From Octopus bimaculoides (lineage: Eukaryota), in the NCBI RefSeq assembly GCF_001194135.2, contig NC_068997.1:11365779-11429778 (forward strand): DNA of 64,000 bases, read 5' to 3'. Below the pieces are notes generated by a model, which made no database searches, had not been told where the DNA came from, and worked only from the letters and a program-made list of their open reading frames with translations. Shown here piece by piece: positions 52,805 through 64,000 of this stretch; the first letter of the stretch is position 1; every line of letters begins with the position of its first letter. The translations under genes were made by a program, and so were the position numbers.

Positions 52805-52854
52805 CAGCAGCAACAGCATCAAAACAGCAATAACAGAATGACGACGGCTACGAA

Positions 52855-52886
<32 letters not shown>

Positions 52887-53884
52887 CTTTTATTTGTCAC
52901 TATGGATTGGATGAGAGGAGCAATAAAACGTTTCGAACTTTAGCAAACAGATGATTTACTTATAATTTTTAAATACTAATTGATTATTAGTGTTCTGCGG
53001 ACGTTAAAGAAGCATATGAAAAAGACCAGAATATTAATGAGAAAAGAAAAAAATAAGACGTACGGGATCTATATGTCTGTGAGTGAGCGTGCGTATATGC
53101 GTATGTGCGTATGTGCGTACGTGAATGCTGGCGGGAGTGTATGGAAATGTGTTTAGGAATATCGCTTCGCATCAAAGAGACCGCAATTTTGAATCTAATC
53201 TTATGATACCTCGAATAAGGGTTTATAAGAGACAGATGTGTGGTTGGAGACACTATGACCGTCTAAAAGCTGTGTCTCGGTTATGTGGTTTCAGGTTTAC
53301 CGTATGGAACGGTGCACACGTATACGTGAAATGCTCAATAACTCACGCGCGTGTTCGACCAGTTGGTGGTACAAGACACATTACAGAAAGCTCATGGTCG
53401 AAAGGTGACACGGGAGGTATTATCATGAACATCATCATCATCATCATCGTCGTCGTCGTTTTCACCGTCACCACCGTCGTAGTTACGACGATGACCATCG
53501 CCACGATCATCACCAACAACGCCGCCATCATCATCACAATGGTGACCATCTTAGTGTGTATGTGAACCTGTTTTCGGTTTCTTTTACTGCTTTTACTGCT
53601 TATTACTTTGCTGCCTTCAGTGATTGTACTGCAACCATGCTGGGGCAACACATTTAAGAGAATCACTGGTATAGTTGCAAACGTCTTGTATTTTCAGTAT
53701 TTGTAGAGCTTTTATATACATAGACACAACAGCGATATAGAATTAGACAAACGTCTACTTACTAAACACACACAAGCTGAAACACAATCACGCTCACACA
53801 CACACACATGCGCATTAACCTGCACACACAGCCATATTATAGACACATATATACATACTTACACATAAATATAAAAATGTATAT

Positions 53885-54140
53885 GCCACTCCATCGTTTA
53901 CAAAGATCAGGGTACCAGTTGATCCGATCAAAGGAACAATCGGCTCGCGAAATTAACGTAGAAGTGGCTGAGCACTCCACGGGCACGTGTGAGATTCAGC
54001 CTGACACAAGATGTGACAAGGCACTACTCATTTTCGCCAGCTCAGTAGACAGTAGCAACGTGAAATAAAGTGTCATGCTCAAGGACACAACACGACCTTA
54101 CCACCGTGAGCCGAATACCCAAACCGCTAAGCCACGTGCC
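53885..54140 (-). mobile_element. tRNA-derived SINE, family D
   Basis: 'ccagttgatccgatc..ggaaca...gtggctgagcactccac...ccagctcagtagacagtagcaacgtgaaataaagtgtc.tgctcaaggacacaac...cgtgagccgaatacccaaaccgctaagccacgtgcc'. The last part is a reverse tRNA-like head. Confidence 0.8.
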
Positions 54141-54169
54141 ATTACTGTAATCGTGTGTGTTGTGTGCTT

Positions 54170-54385
54170 TGGCACTCCGTCGCTCACGACGTTGAGGGTT
54201 CCAGTTGATCCGATTAACGGAACAGCCGGCTCGTGAAATTAAAGTGCAAGTGGCTGAGCACTCCAAAGACACGCGTACCCTTAACGTAGTTCTTCGGCAC
54301 AACAGAAACAGGCACAACAGAAACAGGAAGAAAGAGTGACAGAAAGAGTACAGCAGGGTTCGCCACCATCTCCTGCCGAAGACTG
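54170..54385 (-). mobile_element. SINE family E fragment sharing its 3' tail with family D
   Basis: 'gagggttccagttgatccgattaacggaacagccggctcgtgaaattaaagtgcaagtggctgagcactcca' repeats 53909-53970 with a different downstream body. Confidence 0.75.
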
Positions 54386-54675
54386 AGCCCTAAGGAACAT
54401 GCTTGCGAAGCAAATGCACCCATTTATGCGTCACAGACAGAAATCATGTGCGATACTGATGCTTAAAAATTCTAATTTTAAACATCACTATCACTAACGT
54501 TTGGAAATGAAAACAAAATATTGTTTGTATTTATATTTAATTTTAACACGTTATATTTTTGAAGTGTAGTGATATGAAGCAAATATTTTCACAGTACGAA
54601 AATATCATTTCCACAAAGATTGCGATTTTGTGCTTCATATCTTCTGCAACATATCAAGTTGCAGAACACACACAC

Positions 54676-54709
<34 letters not shown>

Positions 54710-56693
54710 NNNNNNNNNNNNNNNNNNATATATATATATATATATATATATATAATAATTTACTTTTCGTAATGAGATAAAAAAACAAGGCTTTGTATAA
54801 TATAGAACATATATAAATAGAAGGTCTTACAGCTGTTTCCAGGATATTTATTATATCCCTTCATCGGAGACGGTGTGAGAGGATGATTAAGCAATAGTTA
54901 GCTTAGTTAAGATAGGAAATAGAGAGTGAATGCAGGGATATTGTATTATAGCATTTACTCAGCATTACCTGAAACCTCTGGGTCTAATTGACACCACTAT
55001 CGCTCATTACCTATATATATATACATATATACATTGCTGTGTACATATATGTGTATGTGTGTGTATCTGCGTGTACTTATACATGCGAGTATGCGTATGT
55101 GCACATACATATATACGTATGCATAGTCTCGTGTGCAGGGGCATAGAAATATTCTAATATGTGACCGCGTCTGCAGTAACATTGCTGGAAGCAATAGGTA
55201 TCGCATAAACGTGACAGAGACAGAAAACTAGATGGAGACTTTGATAACTAGTATTAAATGTGCTTGCCCCTGTCAACCTGAAGATCTTTTCGGCAGTGGC
55301 TCATGACATCTGATTCTTGGAGAGCGGTATTTGAGTTGTACAAATGTCTGTTACTACAATTTCTATGATAGATATGTAGTCGCTTGCATATCATTATATT
55401 TATTCTTTGCAAGCCAATACGATCTAACGCTGCAGTATTTTATGATTCCTAAACCAATATTATCTTTGTTAGTTTATCAAATACTTTAGCGTTGGGTGCG
55501 AAAAGATTTGGGCAAAGTGACTTGCTGGAAGCATGTATTCACAAAACTGAACAAGATGTGACAGTAGATTTTTCTTCAGATCATTTTTGTCGATTTATTG
55601 CAGTGAGCTGGATTGGAGGCGAAACACTCGTAAAGATGTTTCAAACTTAACCTGTCTCCGAATCTAGTCGAGCATGAGCAAGTAACATCTCATTTCTTCT
55701 GTGGCAAGATGAGCAAATATGCCAACAAACAAAGGGTATGTCTATGTATGTGATGTTAAATACTAGTCTACCTAAGTACCCGCGCTCTAGCAGAGTTTAA
55801 TCAACATGTGATTTATATACTAGTTCATTTAAAGACACAATCGTCAGAAGAACTTCAGCGTTGAGTTTATGCTTATGGCTTCGTTTGAATTGGTAATAGT
55901 TCTCAATATAAGTGGGAGATAGCCACTTGTCCTTTAGGAACAATCTGATTAATAAAGACGACGAATTAGGTGACAGATTTATCGAACTCCGTTTGCCGCT
56001 GCCGCCGTTTTCCCGATGTTATGAGTCTTTCTGAATATGTAACTCAAACACAATCATTCGAACGCATTCTCCCACAAATTATACTTCCTCATATCGCATT
56101 AATGTTATATTCATGAAGCATTGAGATATTGCGTTAGATTATGTTGTAAGTACACCACTAGCTCAAGAGCTTAGATGAAACTATTTTTTCAGAAAAAGTT
56201 TAAATTAGATAGCACAAAAATTGCGAAAATTTGAACGTTTTCAAATTCTGAGGTCGCGTTGTATCTACATTTCGTTTTGAGTTTGAGCTTAATTCGTCTC
56301 CTGATGTTTTGTGATCTGATATCAATAAAAATCTTTATATCTTCTGTGTTGATATTTTAAGCTTCAAGTCACGTAAAGACAGGGATTGGTTCGGTGGCAA
56401 CACTTCAGAAATACGCAGCTTCTAGACATCAAACATAAATTGCGCTATAAATTGATCAATTCTAAATTCTCTGAAAAGGAACGTTTGAAAACAGAAGAAT
56501 CGCTGAGGCATCATAAATTAGTGTAGCAGAGACAATTGAGGACTCTAAAGAACATGTGATTTTTTAAATATCTCCAGAGAAATTGAACTGGCTTTTGATG
56601 AAACAGATTTCAAAATATATACATGTTCTTAAAATATATATATATTTCTCGCCATTCATCTCTCTGATCTAAAGGAAAGACTATATTTTTCGA

Positions 56694-57463
56694 GGATACG
56701 TAGCATATTTTGAATCAATGGGGGTTATTTCACAGGCTTCATACAAAAACTGTCCATATTAAGTGAACATGTTATAGAAGACCTCCTCAGCGCCATAAAG
56801 AGGGGAATATCACAGCAAACAAAGTGGAAGTCAAACATTGTTATTATTGAAAGATATGATGATGATTTTGTGGTTAATTTTAGAGCTAACTTGATCTACA
56901 ATGTACGCACTTGTTGACGAGTTCCACAGGAGTGGAAATTGATATTGCCGTTCAAATGAAAGGTGTCCCTGCTTACAGGAATATCTGCGGCATTTGCCAG
57001 ACACTCTATGAGTTGTTGACAAACTACAAACGTATCAGGTTATCATTGTGAGTCTAAATCTCGTACAGACATTGCATAAATCATCTCCCGCATCATGTAG
57101 CAACGTGCAATTCATCGTGTATACCCCGTCTTTGTCACATAGTTTGGTAACGAAAATTTTTGTATCACACAGTGACTATAAAACAAACCACAATGGAAGA
57201 TATTGGAAATGCTAGAATGACCGCTTAAGTTTGTTAATGTTTATTCATATGTTTTCCAACACCTCTCTAGTATGAAGATTGTCGCGGATACGTAGCATAT
57301 TTTGAATCAATGGGGGTTATTTCACAGGCTTCATACAAAAACTGTCCATATTAAGTGAACATGTTATAGAAGACCTCCTCAGCGCCATAAAGAGGGGAAT
57401 ATCACAGCAAACAAAGTGGAAGTCAAACATTGTTATTATTGAAAGATATGATGATGATTTTGT
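56694..57463 (+). repeat. perfect 178-bp direct duplication (56694-56871 and 57286-57463)
   Basis: 'ggatacgtagcatattttgaatc...gatatgatgatgattttgt' appears twice. No mismatch found by eye. Confidence 0.92.
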
Positions 57464-58341
57464 TAAATTACATCTCTGCTAGAACACTCTGATTGTAACA
57501 TTAATAGGAACTCAGATGTATGCAAGTCAGAAGACACCGGCATGAGAACATAAGGAATAATAGCATAGGCCCATAATCTACACGTTCTTATTTGTGACTA
57601 TTCAGTGGCACAGAAGTATTTTTGACTTCTATTTTTTAGCGACGTAGGTGTTCATGTAGTGCCCTTGTGTATATATACATATATCTAACATTGTATATAT
57701 ATAGATATATATATGTGTGTGTATATATATATATATATNNNNNNNNNNNNNNNNNNNNNNNNNNNNNNNNNNNNNNNNNNNNNNNNNNNNNNNNNNNNNN
57801 NNNNNNNNNNNNNNNNNNNNNNNNNNNNNNNNNNNNNNNNNNNNNNNNNNNNNNNNNNNNNNNNNNNNNNNNNNNNNNNNNNNNNNNNNNNNNNNNNNNN
57901 NNNNNNNNNNNNNNNNNNNNNNNNNNNNNNNNNNNNNNNNNNNNNNNNNNNNNNNNNNNNNNNNNNNNNNNNNNNNNNNNNNNNNNNNNNNNNNNNNNNN
58001 NNNNNNNNNNNNNNNNNNNNNNNNNNNNNNNNNNNNNNNNNNNNNNNNNNNNNNNNNNNNNNNNNNNNNNNNNNNNNNNNNNNNNNNNNNNNNNNNNNNN
58101 NNNNNNNNNNNNNNNNNNNNNNNNNNNNNNNNNNNNNNNNNNNNNNNNNNNNNNNNNNNNNNNNNNNNNNNNNNNNNNNNNNNNNNNNNNNNNNNNNNNN
58201 NNNNNNNNNNNNNNNNNNNNNNNNNNNNNNNNNNNNNNNNNNNNNNNNNNNNNNNNNNNNNNNNNNNNNNNNNNNNNNNNNNNNNNNNNNNNNNNNNNNN
58301 NNNNNNNNNNNNNNNNNNNNNNNNNNNNNNNNNNTAGATAT

Positions 58342-58390
<49 letters not shown>

Positions 58391-58514
58391 AACCTTATAT
58401 GTTTCTTAAAGCTTAGACCAATCTTTGGTCGAAACATATAAGTTATCTTCGTTATCTATATTATGTGAGTGTGGGTGTATATATATGTATGTGTGTGTGT
58501 CTGCGTGTGTGCGA

Positions 58515-58553
<39 letters not shown>

Positions 58554-60746
58554 TGTGTGTGTGTGTTTCAGTTTCACTATTAAGAGCACTAAGGAATCCC
58601 AATGCTTGTACGTATATTTATTTTGCATTAAATTATTTATGCTTTGGTGATTTTATATATTTTTGTTTAAGTATGCATTTGCTGTTTGTATGCATCAGTA
58701 TGCAAAGTTGTTTGTGTGTCATTTTGGGGGGAAATGTATGTTTATATTGGCGCCCATGTGTTTGTACGTGTGTATATGCTCCTTGCTTAATGCATTTGTA
58801 CTTTGTGTTGGCTGTTCCTGATTCGTTTCTTGCAAACGTAATTTTCTTATTTTCTAAGACTACTTCTTTTCGCCATGTCTCTGTTTCTGTACAAGCGTAC
58901 GTGTTATTCTAGCTTTCATTTAGATAAGCGGTTTTGCTTTCATTGATGAGTATATTTGATTTTGTCGGGTTCGTATGTCAGTACACGCATGTTGGTGTTT
59001 ATTTTACGTTGACAGTAATTTTATCCTGTTTGGAGTTCTCACCACCTTTTTAAAGATTAATATATTATGTAGTCTACAGTGATATATGATCTCAATTCAC
59101 GCAGCGGAAATTATGGTGCATTTGTCTGGGTGCGCAGTAAATCCATTTGTAGAATGTCAAATCCTAAATCAAATCCCTGCTGACAAGCGAGTATCCGTTC
59201 ATTTTAGCAGTCTAGGTGAAAGACATCTGATACAGATACTGCACCTCAAATACCAATCATCTCATACTTAATCGTCACTTCACCTTTAAATATTGATATA
59301 AAGACAGTGGTTTATGTCATGTGCAAAAATGTATCGACACTGGGGAAAATTGTGGGGTAGATTTTTCAACAGGTTAATCAAATGTTGAAAGTTAGTCATA
59401 TGCACACACGCATGAATACATAGATATACATACATATGTATGTATGTCTGTAATAATATTTATATGTGTGTATGTGTGTGTACGTGGGACATAAGGCGTT
59501 ACTTGAAGTCAGTGCACACAAAACTGAAGCTATAAACTTGGAGCAAACTATTCAGCAATTTAACCATTTACTCTACTACAGTCATATGTATACCTACATA
59601 CACATTCACACAGACTCAGACACAGAAGTACACATGCGCACACACGTACATTTGTACTGGCCTGTATGTATTTATATTCTGTTTTAAACGTTATTTGCAT
59701 TTGCAAACACACATAACTTTATATAAAGACATGTTTTATGTGTGTATGCATAAGCCATATATGTGGGTGTGGTGAACTCTATGTTAAGTTTGCATTAGTT
59801 ATTAACATTTATAAGTTATAGTTGACAAATATGCTTCTAGCAAGGTGCAATTGTGGGTAGCGGTACCATTCTTTGAAAGATGTCATAGGTAGGTAGAGTT
59901 TGGACTTTTCCTGGTACAGTATGTTCTCTAAGTAAACGGAGAATAGTGTGTACGCTTGGGAAATCTTATTCGTTGAAATGAATTTACTGAGAGCAATTAG
60001 TTCCTTGAGAATAAACTAGCACAAATATAGGGAGAGAAATATTTCTCAGTATATAAAACAGCGAAAACTTTCTAGTTGATTCCATTTATATTCCTTCGGT
60101 ATTATCTACTTACATATTTATATGTTTATTGCTTATCAATAAAGTCCTAGTTGAACTCTCCCTGGATTTGATCAGATGCAATATTTATAGCAAACGAACA
60201 TTCCGAGACGAGCAGTAAATTATCAGGGTCATCTTAAAACAATTCCCGAGAAAGAAAATGAAACCATGGGATTGATCTTATGTAGATAATTAATAGAACG
60301 TAGTCAATAAAAAAATATTGCTTCGTATATCTATGAATGTACGTATGTATGTGTACTTATTGATGTGTGTGTATGTACTTGTATACGTACGTATACACGT
60401 ATATGTATGCGTATATTTATATACATGTATATACGTATATACACGCATATATATTTACGTATTTGTACATATATATATTTATGCATATATACATATATAC
60501 ATAAATATATTTAGATATAATATATATATATATATATATATATANNNNNNNNNNNNNNNNNNNNNNNNNNNNNNNNNNNNNNNNNNNNNNNNNNNNNNNN
60601 NNNNNNNNNNNNNNNNNNNNNNNNNNNNNNNNNNNNNNNNNNNNNNNNNNNNNNNNNNNNNNNNNNNNNNNNNNNNNNNNNNNNNNNNNNNNNNNNNNNN
60701 NNNNNNNNNNNNNNNNNNNNNNNNNNNNNNNNNNNNNNNNNNNNNN

Positions 60747-60791
<45 letters not shown>

Positions 60792-61087
60792 TATATATAT
60801 ATATATACATATATATACATACATAAATATGTATATATATATATATATAGTCTCATGTGTGTGCCTGTGTCTGTGTATATGCATGTGCATGTTTACGTAT
60901 ATAACACATATAATACACACGCACAACGTGCATTCACACGTGCATATGAACAATAATGTATACGGTTGCATGCATATTGATACATGTTTTCATATAAAAA
61001 TATGCACATTTATCCCTATACATACGTACTGACACACATGCATACACATATATATCTAAATGTGTGTGTGTAAATTTTTCTTTGTAG

Positions 61088-61138
<51 letters not shown>

Positions 61139-62654
61139 TGTGAATGTGTCTGTGCATTTATTAGTAAATATTGACATACATAAAGTGGTATATATGAAAG
61201 ACAGATAGAAATAGAGAGAGAGAGAGAGAAATTGAGAGAGAGAGAAAGAGAGAGAGAGAGTGAAAATGTGAACGTGTGTTTGTATGTGTGTATGTTGCGG
61301 GTGGGTCCGCGTGTACGGAGAAACACTCATTTGTGTATACACATCTGCAAAGATAAACATACACGCCCATATATACACATAGATATTAGCTGGCAGCGTG
61401 CAATTCATTAATTCAAGATATATGCGACTGTGTTTTGCTTTTTATGTTTTAATAGCGTAAACAATAAAAAAATAAAAAAATCCACGTTTACGATAATGTT
61501 ATATACAGTGTGTTCCATACTATATTTTCCATGTTCTGTCTCTGTAAATATTCAACTTCCGTACTTTCACTGTGCAAGCACAAGTAGTTGGACGCGAAAG
61601 GAAGAGCGCCAAGTCACTTGAAAGAAAAATTAGGGGGAGAGAGTGCTGTGCGCATTCAATGTGTCTGTACGTTTGCTGTATGAGAGATACAAGGGTGGTA
61701 GAGGAGAAGGCGGAGAGAAAGAAAGAGAAAAATATAAGAGTGTAAGAGGGAGAAATACGCGGAGGGAAAGAGAGAGAAAAAAGAGCGTGAGTATATATGT
61801 GTGTCGGTTTGTGTTTATTAGAGAGAGATAGTGTGAGTGTGTGAGAGTGCGTGAAGGGGAGGGCGGGATGAATGAAGGTGGATTGTCAAAACTAAAGTAT
61901 GTTTTAGAATGCGTTCTAAACGCCGAAAGCTGCTGAATTACTTAATCAATGCGAACATTTTTAAAACGAAGAATTTACGAAATTAAGAAAATTTAAGTAT
62001 GAGCGAAAAGAACAAGATATAAAACGGCTTAACTGAATCGAAAGTAAAAGGAACAAAATAACAAATATATATATATATACATATCTGTCTTTAACTATTT
62101 AAAAACGAAGCAGCTAGATCACATCAACATTTTTAAGAGAGTAATTTTCATCAAAAGGTAAGTAAATTGTTATTCTTTTCCAAAGTCTAGTTGGTTTTCG
62201 TATTTATAGTAAGCATTTCAATATTTCCAGGAAAACATATATCTCGGAATTTTTCTTCGTTTATTGTTATAATTATTTTATTAACTGTATGACTTTTCCA
62301 AAGGTAATATGTATTTTCAGGCTCATCTCTCACTCACTCGGTCTCTCCATTTCTCTGTCTCTCTCTTTCTCTGCGCGCGTGTTAGTGTATGCATATATAC
62401 ATGCATACATACATACACACACATACACACACACAAACACACACACACACACATATATATATATATGTTTGTATGTATGTACTAGTAGAAGTTTTGAGGA
62501 AATTTAGCCTCACGTGTGTATATAAATGTCTTTCCACATGTACATATATAACATATAGATATAAATAGATGCATATATACATGCATATATACATACATAC
62601 ATGCATACACACACGCACACATACATACATACGTGCGTGCAGACATATATAGAC

Positions 62655-62667
62655 AGATAGATAGATC

Positions 62668-62703
<36 letters not shown>

Positions 62704-62704
62704 T

Positions 62705-62760
<56 letters not shown>

Positions 62761-62885
62761 CAGACAGCCAGCCAGACAGACAGACATACAGACAGACCGA
62801 CAGACAGACAGATAGCTAAATAAACAGACAGAAAAACATATAGACAGACACACAGATTGATAGATAGACAGATAGATAGATAGAC

Positions 62886-62952
<67 letters not shown>
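62655..62952. repeat. compound (GATA)n/(GA)n/(GACA)n tract
   Basis: Seen directly. Confidence 0.95.
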
Positions 62953-62953
<1 letters not shown>

Positions 62954-63248
62954 GTGTATATATGTATGCATGTTTATGTCTATCTTTCTAGTTATGTATG
63001 CTTCTATCAGTCGGCTTATCTATCACATTACTATTTGTGAAAATATCCAAACGTAATATTATTCTGTTTATTTGCATGGGTCGTCGATTTTGTGCTGTTT
63101 ACTTCGCTGTCTGTCTGTCTACCTCCCTTTTCTCGCTTCATCTGACTTACCCTGTACGTACAAGCATGCATCATGCATACATGAATATATGTACCTATGT
63201 ATGTATGTATGTAGGTAGGTAGTATATATGTATGTATATATGCATATG

Positions 63249-63290
<42 letters not shown>

Positions 63291-63961
63291 CATATGCATG
63301 TATATATATAGATATATATAAATGTATGTATGTGTATACATATATGTATGTACATATATATTCATATGTGATTGTATATATGCATACACATGCATAAATA
63401 TAAACACAAGTATACAAACACACAAGCATACAATGCATACGTGAAATAGCGTTTAAGTATTAATAGTATATTACTTATCTATTGTTGTTTCGTTGTTTTC
63501 TCCTCTATTCTATTTCATTTTTCTGTCATATCTCTCTATGTTCTTCTTGTTTCACTTATATATGTATATATTTTTATCTTTCATTAGATATCAGTGGTTC
63601 TCTTTTTTGTCTCGATACCTCGATATCTATCTTTATATCGTTATATCTATGCATCAGTCTTCAGAACTTTTTTTCCCCCTCTGTTTCTCACTCTCTCTCT
63701 CTCTCTCTCTCCATCCTTTCTTCTCGGTGCATGTACGTATATAGTTTTGTGTTCATTTTTTAGTTATGAGCATATATATACGTGTGTATATGTAGCCTTG
63801 TAAGAAATAGGCAGAGGTGTAGCGTACATTTAAAATTTCAATATCGATTTGAAGTTAAACATTTTGAAAGTTATATATGTAGATGTAATTAAGTACCTGT
63901 TTGTATGCGTATGTGTACATGTTTGTATGTGTGTGTGTTTGTGTAAGTGCGTATGTTTGTT

Positions 63962-64000
<39 letters not shown>

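Noticed and set aside
56921-57030. VPQEWK..LPFK / KG.PAYRNI, faintly like a LINE RT start
   Set aside because: Too short and frameshifted, with no flanking RT motifs to support a call.

Overview
AT-rich, microsatellite-saturated eukaryotic draft-assembly DNA with about 20 N-gaps (~7 kb, ~11% of the window). The composition and SINE repertoire resemble a coleoid cephalopod, most likely Octopus; this is an inference from memory, not a database match. I recognise no host protein-coding gene, rRNA, tRNA or CRISPR array. Nearly all ORF-track entries are translations of simple repeats or N-gaps. The supportable content is transposon debris. There are about 20 tRNA-derived SINE copies or fragments from several families, three clear and one weak RTE-clade LINE remnants, an R4/Dong-like LINE 3' fragment abutting (TAA)n, an internally deleted Tc1/mariner element and a mariner-like end. 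There is also a perfect 178-bp local duplication and many di-, tri- and tetranucleotide tracts. The window reads as a very long intron or gene desert with a few unproven + strand exon candidates. The best-supported oddities are two multimeric SINE cassettes, each bracketed by one target-site duplication, and an RTE remnant whose RT and 3' zinc-finger parts lie in opposite orientations. I found no convincing new biological system.
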